IMG/VR virus record: IMGVR_UViG_3300021255_000041
Coordinates: 561-64,560 of that record
Reading direction: 5' to 3' (one strand)
DNA from: a virus
Taxonomy: Duplodnaviria > Caudoviricetes
Length of the DNA: 64,000 nucleotides
The notes beneath the pieces are model-generated. The model was not told the DNA's origin. It ran no database searches and saw only the letters and a list, made by a program, of their open reading frames with translations. Numbering within the stretch: position 1 is the first letter of the stretch; each line of letters begins with the position of its first letter. Below, one piece after another: positions 15,852 to 25,764 of the stretch. Position numbers and translations under genes: made by a program.

Positions 15852-16607
15852 TCAAAACGCCTCCTCATCCAGATGATCTTTCAGAGCCTTCTTGACCGGG
15901 AATATAATACCCTCGGCCTCCGGCAGCTCCTCGATCCACGCACAGAAGTCATGCCACTCATCGAGCTTATGGTTCTTGCGGGACTTGTAGATGTTGGCGA
16001 GAACTTCATAACTCAGCATCAAAGTCCGTTTCTGGTTATAGCTGCTCGGAAGAAGCTGGATCATCTGCCACCAGTATTTCTTGTCATGGGTCTTGAGGAA
16101 TAAATCGCGATAATGGTTAAGAATATTGCAAATCATTTCTACAAAACCTGTTGAAGTAAAATATATTTTGCAGCCGTCTACAGTAACAGCAGACAGCGCC
16201 GGATCTTTTTCAAAGGGAACGCTCTTGTCTCCGTTTATAACGTCCAAATCGTTAAACAAATGCTCCGTCGAGAAGTCGTCCAGAGTAAACTCCTTAGCAG
16301 CGATCTTATGCATGGTCGAGCAGGAATTAGCGACTGTCCCTACCTTGTACGTGTCCGCCTCTTTCCACCAGTACAAAGGTGCCGTCACATCGCAAGTTAC
16401 AACAATCATGCGCCTGTACTTGGCGTGATCTGTGCCGGCCGCAGCAAGCTTGTGCATAAGCCTCCGGTCGGCCTCCCCGAGGACAAACGCCCCCGGGTGC
16501 TTACCACCAATAAGACTGTCGGACTTATCCCACGAATTCATCGGGTTACGCATACCCCTCACCGCCGGGATCCAGCCAGTTACATCTGTTTTTTCAATTT
16601 TTATCAT
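15852..16607 (-). CDS. ThyX-like flavin-dependent thymidylate synthase homolog
   Basis: HAKYRRMI, APLYWWKEADTY, NSCSTMH, LLPSSY, RKNHKL..W pattern. Confidence 0.5.
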   Translation of the reverse strand: MIKIEKTDVTGWIPAVRGMRNPMNSWDKSDSLIGGKHPGAFVLGEADRRLMHKLAAAGTDHAKYRRMIVVTCDVTAPLYWWKEADTYKVGTVANSCSTMHKIAAKEFTLDDFSTEHLFNDLDVINGDKSVPFEKDPALSAVTVDGCKIYFTSTGFVEMICNILNHYRDLFLKTHDKKYWWQMIQLLPSSYNQKRTLMLSYEVLANIYKSRKNHKLDEWHDFCAWIEELPEAEGIIFPVKKALKDHLDEEAF

Positions 16608-16839
16608 TTGATGTCGCCTCCTTCGTATCTGGTTTTTTAAGCCATACCTTACTAAAGCCTCCTGCGATCAGGATGACCACGCATCCAATCCCGACAGAGC
16701 CTTCGTTCTTGATACCATGTGCCGCCTCAATGCTCTTCATGCAGCTGACTCCGGCAGCATACACACCCGCCACAAGGAATTCCGGGTTGTTTGTGATAAG
16801 AAAGCTGATTCCTTCTTTAATTGTTGTTGGTTGTTTCAT
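16594..16839 (-). CDS. Small membrane protein
   Basis: 81 aa, hydrophobic segments, overlapping start/stop with neighbours. Confidence 0.5.
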   Translation of the reverse strand: MKQPTTIKEGISFLITNNPEFLVAGVYAAGVSCMKSIEAAHGIKNEGSVGIGCVVILIAGGFSKVWLKKPDTKEATSNDKN

Positions 16840-17120
16840 CGTACGATACCTCCATTTCTTAATTTATTAGCTCTGCATTGCAGCTTCGTACTTGATTTTG
16901 TCGATTTTGCCTGTTTAACCACTACGTTGTTAAGGTGTCGACGGCGTGCAATATCATCGAGTTTGTGCGTTAGCGTTTCTTTTTCATTGGAAGCTTTTAT
17001 TTCGGCCTTCCAATCTATATACCTTTGACACGTATCATGGCAGGCCAACACTCTGTCTTTACAGTTTTTGCATGGCGGCTGTGTTTTATACACATATTTG
17101 TTAAATCCGTTACTCATCAT
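16836..17120 (-). CDS. Cys-rich hypothetical protein
   Basis: PCKNC..R...CHDTC..Y; related to 18087-18302 (PCQGC..R...CHSSC..Y). Confidence 0.6.
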   Translation of the reverse strand: MMSNGFNKYVYKTQPPCKNCKDRVLACHDTCQRYIDWKAEIKASNEKETLTHKLDDIARRRHLNNVVVKQAKSTKSSTKLQCRANKLRNGGIVR

Positions 17121-17520
17121 TCAATTTCCTTTCCGCATATGTAACGAACACATCAGTAATCTCGTCGTACATCCGCTTATAAGCGTCAAAATCTTCACCA
17201 ACGCCGTAGAGATCTGATCCGGGAGCAGCAAGCGTGCCTTTGGAGTTTGGCTTTAAATTTACAAACGCCACATCACAAAGTTTAAAGATGGAGGCTTCTA
17301 TATTTCTAACCAGCCTACCACGGTTATTGTCGCAAGCCGTATCTGTAAGCACATCGCCAAAATTATTCAGAACAAGTGCGCCAACGAGATCGTACAATTC
17401 CGCACTTCTCGGTCCATACACTGATGCTTTACAAGGCTTATTTCTACTTTCTTTTTCCTTTTTGATAAGTTTTTCCAAATTGTGCAGTTCTTCTGTGCTT
17501 AACGTTTTGAGATCAATCAT
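17110..17520 (-). CDS. Hypothetical protein
   Basis: 136 aa with RBS. Confidence 0.6.
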   Translation of the reverse strand: MIDLKTLSTEELHNLEKLIKKEKESRNKPCKASVYGPRSAELYDLVGALVLNNFGDVLTDTACDNNRGRLVRNIEASIFKLCDVAFVNLKPNSKGTLAAPGSDLYGVGEDFDAYKRMYDEITDVFVTYAERKLNDE

Positions 17521-17557
17521 CGCTCATCTTCCTTTCCGCAAAAACAAAAGAGCCCTC

Positions 17558-17752
17558 TCACGAGAGCTCAAAACCTTGATCTTTCAATTTGGCATACCCA
17601 ACATAATCGCCATACATCCGCAATGGCATGTTCCGCACTTCCAGCAGCTCATTGAGCGTAATAATGTCGCCTTCTTTTTTAAGCGGTTTTCCATTTAAAG
17701 CTGCGAAAAAGTTATACATAGTCAAAGCCGCTTGATAGGTCATGTTTTCCAT
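17558..17752 (-). CDS. Cassette gene (64 aa)
   Basis: RBS AAGGAGG directly after promoter 17768; flanked by 34-bp direct repeats. Confidence 0.65.
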   Translation of the reverse strand: MENMTYQAALTMYNFFAALNGKPLKKEGDIITLNELLEVRNMPLRMYGDYVGYAKLKDQGFELS

Positions 17753-17767
17753 TGGTTTGCCTCCTTT

Positions 17768-17793
17768 CCATAAAAGAGACTGTTAATATAGCG
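17768..17793 (-). promoter_or_regulatory. Phage promoter motif copy 4
   Basis: CG CTATATT AACA GTCTCTT TTATGG. Confidence 0.7.
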
Positions 17794-18086
17794 AACAAAA
17801 ACAAAAGAGCCCTCTTGCGAGAGCTCAAATAATGATACAGATATACTTCAGCGACCAATGCGTCGCCAAAACTTCGCGTTCCATCGCCTTTCTGTGAAAT
17901 ACTGGATCATGTCCAGTAAAGATCCGTAGGCGATTTCATACGGCATGAAATTATTAAGCCATTTACGCATTTCCTTTCCTCCCTTCTGAAATATAAATTG
18001 TTCCACAAAAGCCTCTGTAATTTTCGCGTCCAAACGCATATTTATACATTCATTTGTCATACACTGCGTTTTTATACACTTTTTAT

Positions 18087-18302
18087 TCATTTATCTCTAT
18101 ATTTATACTGCTTAGCGTAATGGTATTTGTTGTACTTATCCGATATCTTCTTGAGCCTTATCGCGTTCATGTTGTCGACATGTTCACGATACTCTTTATA
18201 TTCTGCACAGGAACTATGACACCCGACTTCTCTCCGCCCACAGCCTTGACAAGGTCCCTGTATCGCAAAACCGATCTTCATAGCTCTCCCCTTCAAAAAC
18301 AA
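18087..18302 (-). CDS. Cys-rich hypothetical protein
   Basis: PCQGCGRREVGCHSSCAEY. Confidence 0.55.
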   Translation of the reverse strand: MFLKGRAMKIGFAIQGPCQGCGRREVGCHSSCAEYKEYREHVDNMNAIRLKKISDKYNKYHYAKQYKYRDK

Positions 18303-18336
18303 AAGGACCCTCTGTTTCCAGAGAGCCCTCTTCGGA

Positions 18337-18720
18337 TCATTTAGTTACAGGTATGATAGTGATGTAAAACTTGGATAAAATATTTTTTCCGTTCATTAAC
18401 ATCCCGCCGATATCACAAACCTCTGTCGAGTAAAGTCGAACAAAGGTGGCTTCACGCTTATTTATCTTCTTGAGAATGTCGTCCTGCTTACGACGAATGA
18501 AGTTGCAGTATTTGGTTCCACCAAAGTCTTTGAGCTCATCATGCTCATCAACTTCGTTGTCGCCAAACTCCTCGTTCCACTTGTCGTAATGAGGGTTAAG
18601 CTCATCACAAGCAATGTTGCGTAACCTCATGTACTCTGATTCAACCAGCTGCCTTAGAGCGTTTGCTTTTTCAAGCGCCGGGTTGTCATAATGAAATCGT
18701 ACTTTATAAGTTGTTTCCAT
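18337..18720 (-). CDS. Cassette gene (127 aa)
   Basis: RBS after promoter 18752; flanked by identical 29-bp repeats at 18300-18328 and 18786-18814. Confidence 0.7.
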   Translation of the reverse strand: METTYKVRFHYDNPALEKANALRQLVESEYMRLRNIACDELNPHYDKWNEEFGDNEVDEHDELKDFGGTKYCNFIRRKQDDILKKINKREATFVRLYSTEVCDIGGMLMNGKNILSKFYITIIPVTK

Positions 18721-18751
18721 AATTATCTCCTTTCTGAACTATAACATTGTT

Positions 18752-18777
18752 CCATAAAAGAGACTGTATATTTGACG
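18752..18777 (-). promoter_or_regulatory. Phage promoter motif copy 5
   Basis: CG TCAAATA TACA GTCTCTT TTATGG. Confidence 0.7.
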
Positions 18778-18829
18778 GACAAAAGCAAAAGGACCCTCTG
18801 TTTCCAGAGAGCCCCGACTTTGGTTACAA

Positions 18830-19084
18830 TTACTTCAGTCTTGGTACATAATCTTCTTTCGCCCGAAACCAGTCTTCAGCATATTGTTCTAATTCCAATT
18901 TTCCGTTATCAGCCATATTGCAAATATCAATTATCTCTTCATCGGTTAATTCGCCAATCCCTTCAAGCCATTTCTTGAAGTCGCCTCGGCGGAATCTTTG
19001 ACCGTACTTCGACATGATCTTTACGTATGAAGCAATAAATCTGGAATAATAAATTGTGCCAACAAGTTTGTTTTCGAAACCCAT
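18830..19084 (-). CDS. Cassette gene (84 aa)
   Basis: Start MGFENKLVG after RBS AAGGAG and promoter 19118. Confidence 0.7.
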   Translation of the reverse strand: MGFENKLVGTIYYSRFIASYVKIMSKYGQRFRRGDFKKWLEGIGELTDEEIIDICNMADNGKLELEQYAEDWFRAKEDYVPRLK

Positions 19085-19117
19085 ACATATATCTCCTTTC
19101 CGAACTATAACATTGTT

Positions 19118-19143
19118 CCATAACAGCCCATGCAATACCTGCG
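19118..19143 (-). promoter_or_regulatory. Phage promoter motif copy 6
   Basis: CG CAGGTAT TGCA TGGGCTG TTATGG. Confidence 0.65.
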
Positions 19144-20376
19144 TCACATCTTACCCTCGACAAACTTCGTCTCATTGAACTTCTTCTTATTATGCAGAGC
19201 TCTGCTGATCGCCACATCAATACCACTGCGACTCTTCAAATGGTAGTAATATAAATCGGTGAATGGTGTATTCAGTCTGTCAATCCGGCCGCTGCTCTGC
19301 ACCATAACTTTGTACGAATAGTTCTGAGAGTAGAATATAATTGTGTCGGTCAGGACGCAGTTCCAGCCCTCGGCCCCTGCGTTATACTGGACAAGGTAAA
19401 TCCAACAGTCACCATCAGGTATGGGCTGATGCTTATGACCATTCCACTCAGCCACCTCAATACAATGGCAGTAATACTTCGCAAGATCCTTGAGCAACTC
19501 CAGCTCGTAGTCGAAGTTGTAAAAAATAATAGCCTTTGGATGTTTTTCAAGGATCTCCATAACGGCCGCCTGCCTGCTCTGATCGGAATTCACAACCTTC
19601 CTCAAAGCATAGCAGAACTCACCGGCGTTCTTGATGGGCTTGTTATCCCAGATATTCCATCGTTCTCTGCAAATATCCTTGTACTGCCTGACGTTGTAGT
19701 CGACATAGATATCCTCATGATGCGAGACAGTCTCTCTTCTGAAATTCATATTCACAAGAATATTGTTCCGAAGCCTGATCAGCCTGCCTGTATTCAAATA
19801 TCTTTCAACCTTCGGATACTTACAAAACCGGCTGTACACGATATGCTCACGCGTAAACTCTGTTCGGTTCTTGAAGAAGCCGTTTGCAACGAAGACGGGG
19901 ATGTAATCCTGCCATGTATCCCCAGGGGTAGCCGACAGCAGGATCCAAAAATTATTCTTCGCAATCTTTAAGAAAGATTTGACCCACTGGCCGGATCCGA
20001 CGACACGCTGCTCGTCAAATATAAAAAAGGCTCCTGACACATCGCTGTATTTTTTGATGTTATTCCAGGAGTCTATGACGATTTTATTCTTATAGGCGCT
20101 TGCATCGGGATTTGTAGAGAGCAGGAAGGGCGCCAGCTCACCCTCCCACTCGCAGGTATCCCGTTTACGCGCCGTCGTGATGATGTACAGATCCGCAGGG
20201 TTTTCAGCCATGGGTACATACTCGTCGGTGCCCAGTTTCCCGCCATTGCAGATATAATAATACGCAAGAGCTGTCCTGGACTTGCCGCTGCCTACACCGC
20301 CGCAGAGAATACATCCTCGTTTCATCTTTTTTACGGCCTCAAGCTGGTAATCCCGTAAACTTATTCCTGCCATCAC
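19144..20376 (-). CDS. Superfamily 2 helicase
   Basis: GGVGSGKS (Walker A), DEQR (motif II), LSATPG (III), QSSGRIDR (VI). Confidence 0.85.
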   Translation of the reverse strand: MMAGISLRDYQLEAVKKMKRGCILCGGVGSGKSRTALAYYYICNGGKLGTDEYVPMAENPADLYIITTARKRDTCEWEGELAPFLLSTNPDASAYKNKIVIDSWNNIKKYSDVSGAFFIFDEQRVVGSGQWVKSFLKIAKNNFWILLSATPGDTWQDYIPVFVANGFFKNRTEFTREHIVYSRFCKYPKVERYLNTGRLIRLRNNILVNMNFRRETVSHHEDIYVDYNVRQYKDICRERWNIWDNKPIKNAGEFCYALRKVVNSDQSRQAAVMEILEKHPKAIIFYNFDYELELLKDLAKYYCHCIEVAEWNGHKHQPIPDGDCWIYLVQYNAGAEGWNCVLTDTIIFYSQNYSYKVMVQSSGRIDRLNTPFTDLYYYHLKSRSGIDVAISRALHNKKKFNETKFVEGKM

Positions 20377-20716
20377 TTCTCTTTCATCATATTCAGCAGA
20401 GCTATGTATGATGCTCGCAGACTCTCGATTTCGTCAGCAGCGTCCTCAAGGATTTTCGCCTCATCCGCTGCTTCGCCCATCGGCACCATCTTCAGTTCGC
20501 TTGCGAGACACCTGCATCGCTCGACTGTTGTCATATCTTTTAGAGACTCTCTCATTTTTCTTCTCCTCGAAATATAAAGGCTTTTCCGTGTCCTGCCGTG
20601 CGCCACAGGCAAGACAGTCATTGCAGGGGTCGAACCACTCCTTCCGACCCCCGTATTTGCAGTCCGGACAATATTTGTCAAAGCGGACTTCTTTTTCGTT
20701 TATCATCAAACCCACC

Positions 20717-21226
20717 TCACTCGAACGGAGCTTCTTCCGGGGCTTCGTATTCTGCGTATTTGTCAGCCCATTTGCTGGTTTCCAGGACAACATGCATCTC
20801 CTTCAGGTAGGCTTTGATATGCCACTCGCCTGTCTCGTCATCAAGCCACCAACGCGGTCTGATGGTGAAATCGCAGGACTGGATAGCTGCTGTGTCCAGA
20901 TATCCGGCCTGGTCCTCTGAGAGCTGAGTCTTTACACGACCTGAGTAGGTGAAGATCTGTGCAGGCGGAATGTTCGGGAATGATCTGAAGCTGACGGTGA
21001 CCTGCAGTCTGTACTCCGGCTCCTGTCCTTCTTCGCGAGGCGGTCTTACTCTCACATTCCAACCATCGTCCGTCAAAGCCTGGGCCAGATCAGGATCCTC
21101 AATAACCCAGTTGAAATTCCGGTCACCTTCCCGGTTGTATCTGGAACCAACGCCGCTGAAGTTCTTAAAAATAATTCTTCCGTTTTCAACATCGATCGGT
21201 AATACTGTGTGCTTATTCATTCTCAA
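20717..21226 (-). CDS. Putative single-stranded DNA-binding protein
   Basis: IIFKNFSG..SRYNREGDRNF; acidic tail ending in PFE; between polymerase and helicase. Confidence 0.55.
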   Translation of the reverse strand: MRMNKHTVLPIDVENGRIIFKNFSGVGSRYNREGDRNFNWVIEDPDLAQALTDDGWNVRVRPPREEGQEPEYRLQVTVSFRSFPNIPPAQIFTYSGRVKTQLSEDQAGYLDTAAIQSCDFTIRPRWWLDDETGEWHIKAYLKEMHVVLETSKWADKYAEYEAPEEAPFE

Positions 21227-21524
21227 TTTCTCCTTTTTCTTTGAATTCTTTCATACGCTTTTCCCAACGCAGTGTTTTGAGACTTTCGTATTTCTGTACT
21301 TCGTTTCTGCTGATGACGCCTGCTTTGATCAAGGCATCAATTGCTACTTTTGTGTCTGATGTCTCTTCGTTCAGATGGTCGAAGAGTTCTTTCTTGGTTG
21401 CTGGCGTGGGGTTTTCATTGCGGATCTTCCGCGCAAGCTTAAGACAAGCCTGCGCAAGTTCCGTGCATTCTTCGGCGCACTGCTCCAGCATGGCAGGTAC
21501 GCCGATTTCGTTCACAAGGTTCAT
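21213..21524 (-). CDS. MazG-like nucleotide pyrophosphohydrolase
   Basis: EQCAEECTELAQA...NEETSD helical ExxE motifs. Confidence 0.55.
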   Translation of the reverse strand: MNLVNEIGVPAMLEQCAEECTELAQACLKLARKIRNENPTPATKKELFDHLNEETSDTKVAIDALIKAGVISRNEVQKYESLKTLRWEKRMKEFKEKGEIENE

Positions 21525-21539
21525 ACTTCTCCTTTCCGA

Positions 21540-22841
21540 TTAGTCTGGATCAAATGGTAATACTTCGTTTTCGGTGACCGGGACATTCATAAACTCAGGC
21601 ATGGCCGGTGGTATCGGTCCGCCGTTTACAAAGTTGTCAAAGTCGCCGTATTTCGAGATGGTGGCAACGGCCTCATCACAAAGCCTGTCATAATAGCTTC
21701 GATCGATGTCGTCCTCTTTTCCGAGTTCTTTCACCATCTCTGACTCAAGCCACCGATAGCCTTTTGTACCTGTGACAGCATAATATTTACCATCCTGAAC
21801 CCGATACAATACTCCTCCTCCTTTTCCGGGTTTGATGGGGCAGAACTGTCCGACTCTGCCTACGAAAATATAGTTGTGGCCCTCGGCTATCTTGGGCTCC
21901 AGTTCGCTTTTGATCTTGTCGAAGGTGGTATCCGACATAAGACCCTTCTTAAATTTGTCAGCCGCCCTTTCAAGATCTTTCTCGTATTCGCTGACATCCG
22001 GCAGATCCTCATTCATGTCAATAAAAATAGACCCCTTGACAACCGATTTGGTTTCACAGAGGTCTTTAAATTCTATTGGTTCCTTGCTGAATAAGGTTTT
22101 GAATACGTATGGCACCTGGAACTGAGTTGCTTTCGGTATCCATAAGCCAGGCGTATCCGGATCGTCTTCCGCGCATTTGGCGATAAATGTTGACGCATTA
22201 ACCAGGCATATTCGTTCGAAAACATTCTCAATTTCGAAATTGTAACCGTATTTTTTTCCGAACTCTTTTACAAAAGCTATGATGCTGTCGTCAGCGTTTA
22301 CGATTTTTATCGAGTCCGTCTTGATGCTTATAGGCATGTATTCGCGTTTGATAACTTCATCTCGAAGAGTAACCATGAATAAGGCCCCTCTAAGGGCGAC
22401 GATATTGTTTTTATTTCTGGCGTCGTGAAACGGATTATCAAACGATGCGGATGTAAGGCCATACACACTATTGACGCTGATCTTGAGAGCTCCTGAAAGT
22501 CCTTTAGTCATTTCGGGATCGTTTAAATATTTCGCGACTTTGCCGTTCAGCATGGTTTTCGCGGTTTCCAGATCGCCATGCTTAATGCATGTTCTCAGAT
22601 CAACCAACTCCTTGTATCTCGCGGTCTTATCGCCAAAACAGTTCATAGCGATAGTGCTTGAGGGATGCTGTCCACTTATGTCAAGAACAACGGTTCTCCC
22701 ATACATTCCAGGCTTATAATACACGTATCCGCCAAACCCAACGTCTTCCCCTCGGAATATATTGTGATATTTACCGTCCTCAAGCCGTTTGAATTCGTAT
22801 CCGGGAAAAGAGTTAATAATTCCAGCCGTTTGAGTCGTCAT
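21540..22841 (-). CDS. Family B DNA polymerase, palm/fingers/thumb part
   Basis: Motif A LDISGQHPS, motif B KISVNSVYG, motif C KTDS; start MTTQTAG after RBS GGAGAGGAG. Confidence 0.8.
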   Translation of the reverse strand: MTTQTAGIINSFPGYEFKRLEDGKYHNIFRGEDVGFGGYVYYKPGMYGRTVVLDISGQHPSSTIAMNCFGDKTARYKELVDLRTCIKHGDLETAKTMLNGKVAKYLNDPEMTKGLSGALKISVNSVYGLTSASFDNPFHDARNKNNIVALRGALFMVTLRDEVIKREYMPISIKTDSIKIVNADDSIIAFVKEFGKKYGYNFEIENVFERICLVNASTFIAKCAEDDPDTPGLWIPKATQFQVPYVFKTLFSKEPIEFKDLCETKSVVKGSIFIDMNEDLPDVSEYEKDLERAADKFKKGLMSDTTFDKIKSELEPKIAEGHNYIFVGRVGQFCPIKPGKGGGVLYRVQDGKYYAVTGTKGYRWLESEMVKELGKEDDIDRSYYDRLCDEAVATISKYGDFDNFVNGGPIPPAMPEFMNVPVTENEVLPFDPD

Positions 22842-23002
22842 ATAACAATCTCTCCTCTCCATCTTTTTGGTTTGTCTCCGATATACCAATAACAACCATA
22901 CCCAGTCGGATAATGTTTTTTACATCTAAACGTTCTGACTCGTCCTTTGTTGCTAACTTGATATCCGGAAAAACCTTTTATGTCTTTCCATATTTCTCTC
23001 AT
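22838..23002 (-). pseudogene. Truncated NUMOD4 homing-endonuclease relic (54 aa)
   Basis: MREIWKDIKGFSGYQVSNKGRVRT is a NUMOD4 signature; no HNH domain follows; stop overlaps the PolB start. Confidence 0.7.
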
Positions 23003-23012
23003 AGTCGCCCCA

Positions 23013-25760
23013 CTAATATTGCTCGCCTGTGGCGAGGTTTGTATAAATCAATTTTGGATGTTTTTCATTTCCAAATATAATTTTGGTTGTGAGAGTGTTG
23101 GTGGTATCGTTCGGAGTTCCGCCAGCCAATTCGGCCAAAATCTTTCTTGCCACAAAGTCGGCTTTCCTTTCATTAAACACCGCTTCGGTTGCCAGCACGT
23201 CGTTATCACAGTACTCAGCTACCTTCGGCCATAATTCCTCAGGCACGGGCTGATCCCAAGGTAAACCAAGCTCCTGATGATGGATACCCAGTTCAATTTC
23301 CCATTTCTTGAGAGACTGCTTCTTTGAACAGAAGTCGTATACATCCGTATAGCTGATGTTATATGCCTCGCCAAAGAACGGCTTATCCTTATCAGAGTCA
23401 CTGTTAATGATTTTACTGGACAGTTCGTAAAGCTGATAATTGCTGTAGCCGATCAGCCTTGCGTACAGAATATGATTGTCGTACTTCCTGCAGTTAAAAC
23501 CCACAAGGTTAAAACGAATCAGCTCCTCAATCTCCGCCGGACCCGGGTTGATCATCCGAACGACAGGCTTCCCCTCCCCGGCAATTTTCCAGTTGACAAG
23601 GAACAGGTTCGGAAATACCTCAACGTCATAAAAGACAAGGTCGGCCGTTGCATCGTCAACGTTCTCGGCTTCCTTCTTCGATTTGAAGTGCATTTTCTTC
23701 ATGGCGTCGAGGCAATAATCAGCATGGTGTGTACTGCCGGCTGCAAATGAGAATATATCACCCTGCATGTCAGTCACATCATACTCAAGATCACTCTTGT
23801 ACGCGTCATCAAGAATTTTCACAATAAAATCGATGGAAGGTTTCGTACCAGGATGGACTTCCTTATTCAGGTTTTTCAAAAGGATCCGCCGAAGTCCCGC
23901 TTCGCTTTTTATTCTGTCACCATTTACCACAATATCTCCTTTCTTCTTTTTTGGCAGACCGGAGCTTATGGTTGCAATCGGCATCCGGTTGCATTTTGAC
24001 AGCCTTCTCCGAAGAGAAGCTTTTCCTGAAAAGACCTTAATCTCAATGCCTGGCGCATACAGACGTTCAAGCATCTCCACATCGCCTGTGTAAATATAAT
24101 GCAGATGAATGCCTGCTCCGCCCTTGCTGATCTCGGCATAAGTCGGTGGCCACTTATTCGCCTCAGCCAGATTCAGTTCAAGGGACTTGTTACCGTTCTC
24201 GTCCTTCAGATCAAAGTCAATAACCACATGGTTGTCAGGCAGCAATACGTAATGCACAAGCGATGTATCAATGTCAGACAACTTTGTCCGTACATTCTCC
24301 CATTTCCAACGAGGCTTATCCTCTTCGTCGGCAAGCTGTGCAATACAATCCGCGTATTCCTTGTCGAAGATAGAGTCAGTCGCCTCGAAAATAATGCTGT
24401 ACGGTTTTTCTTCTTCCTCCTGCTCCGGCTCATCGGCTGTCCGATTCTCGAACTTATCCGCTCTGAACCCGATATACCGGTTTCTGACCCGCGTACCATC
24501 CTCCAAAACATCTCGATCCTTAAACTCCTGGAAGTAGTTCTTCAGTTCTTCCTTGAACGGGCGTAAAGAATATGGATAGGGCACTTTTGCATCATCGCAA
24601 TACGTCTTATACATCTCCCATGCGGCCTTCAAAGTAGTCGCGTCTTCTTTCTTGAAGAAATAATAGGAGTCGATGATAAAATTGTAGAAGTCGTTGGAGG
24701 CACCCATCATGTTGACGGGGATATAACTGTCATACCGATCAGGTTTTGCTTTGTATACATCCAGACAATGCTTTGCAATAGCACCCAACTCAAAGTCAAT
24801 ATTCTTCATAATCCGGTGGTATTCCTTCGCATTGAGTTTTTCGCCGGTCGGTGACACGTCAATAAGTCGTCTGATCAGACCAGACTTTGCATCTGTAATC
24901 TTCACCGGCTTATTCGTACCCATGAAAAGGAAACACTTAAAACGGTTTGAATATAATGACTTGTGTTTTTCGTTGATCGTCATTTCTTCGTGAGAGACGA
25001 GGCTGTTTAAACGGGTGTTATCCTCAATTCTCGACAGGTCACCATCGTGCTGGATCGCCACAAGCGGATTCATTTTAAATGGCTCCAACGCAAACGCATC
25101 ATGCGCCGACCCAATACTCTTCGCATCGAAGACGGTGTAATATCCTTCGAACAGCTTCTGGATAATATTAAGAACCGTTGACTTACCGGTTCCCATCGCT
25201 CCATAAAAGACCATAAACTTCTGGATATACTTCGAGTCCCCGGAGACGATCGCCCCAATAGCCCATTCAATTTTTTGTCTTTCTTCGGGAGAATATAAAA
25301 CAGACATGAGACGATCGTAGCTGGAGATGTCGCCATCTTCCAAAGGATAAGGAAGGCGTTTGCTGGCATAATCCTCTTTGCGAGGTTTGGTGTTTGAGAA
25401 TATAAGATTTTCGTCGAGCATATGAAACGAGTCGCGAAGCTGTCTCTGACAATACTTGTGCCACACATCTATCATGCCGGTTCCGGAGTCCCACATATGC
25501 AGGACCCGGATGTTATCGGCTTTTCGCTCAAGTTTTTCTCTGTTTTCCTCGACGTATTTGTCGAGCTCATGGTCTATCAGCTGAAGGGCGGCCCCCTCGT
25601 CAGTAGACCACAATCCGAGTTCCTCAATCCAGACAGCATAAAAGTCACCGCCTCGTATCATGAGGTCTGTGCTTTTCCTGACTGTCGGGATGATGAATTT
25701 CGGATAGACCTCTATCACGTCTTTTGACTTTCGTGTAGAAATCATCAAAAAATCCATCAT
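23013..25760 (-). CDS. SF3 helicase - primase-like - PolB 3'-5' exonuclease fusion
   Basis: FYGAMGTGKST, GTNKP; DFDLKD and SKGGAGIHLHY (AEP-like); YDVEVF, GFNCRKYD, YCDNDV (ExoI-III). Confidence 0.8.
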   Translation of the reverse strand: MMDFLMISTRKSKDVIEVYPKFIIPTVRKSTDLMIRGGDFYAVWIEELGLWSTDEGAALQLIDHELDKYVEENREKLERKADNIRVLHMWDSGTGMIDVWHKYCQRQLRDSFHMLDENLIFSNTKPRKEDYASKRLPYPLEDGDISSYDRLMSVLYSPEERQKIEWAIGAIVSGDSKYIQKFMVFYGAMGTGKSTVLNIIQKLFEGYYTVFDAKSIGSAHDAFALEPFKMNPLVAIQHDGDLSRIEDNTRLNSLVSHEEMTINEKHKSLYSNRFKCFLFMGTNKPVKITDAKSGLIRRLIDVSPTGEKLNAKEYHRIMKNIDFELGAIAKHCLDVYKAKPDRYDSYIPVNMMGASNDFYNFIIDSYYFFKKEDATTLKAAWEMYKTYCDDAKVPYPYSLRPFKEELKNYFQEFKDRDVLEDGTRVRNRYIGFRADKFENRTADEPEQEEEEKPYSIIFEATDSIFDKEYADCIAQLADEEDKPRWKWENVRTKLSDIDTSLVHYVLLPDNHVVIDFDLKDENGNKSLELNLAEANKWPPTYAEISKGGAGIHLHYIYTGDVEMLERLYAPGIEIKVFSGKASLRRRLSKCNRMPIATISSGLPKKKKGDIVVNGDRIKSEAGLRRILLKNLNKEVHPGTKPSIDFIVKILDDAYKSDLEYDVTDMQGDIFSFAAGSTHHADYCLDAMKKMHFKSKKEAENVDDATADLVFYDVEVFPNLFLVNWKIAGEGKPVVRMINPGPAEIEELIRFNLVGFNCRKYDNHILYARLIGYSNYQLYELSSKIINSDSDKDKPFFGEAYNISYTDVYDFCSKKQSLKKWEIELGIHHQELGLPWDQPVPEELWPKVAEYCDNDVLATEAVFNERKADFVARKILAELAGGTPNDTTNTLTTKIIFGNEKHPKLIYTNLATGEQY

Positions 25761-25764
25761 CGCA

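Noticed and set aside
22838-23015. Group I/II intron or gene-60-like ribosomal bypass in the polymerase
   Set aside because: Gap is only about 170 nt, mostly a NUMOD4 ORF, with no intron core recognised; the downstream half has a strong RBS, so re-initiation is simpler
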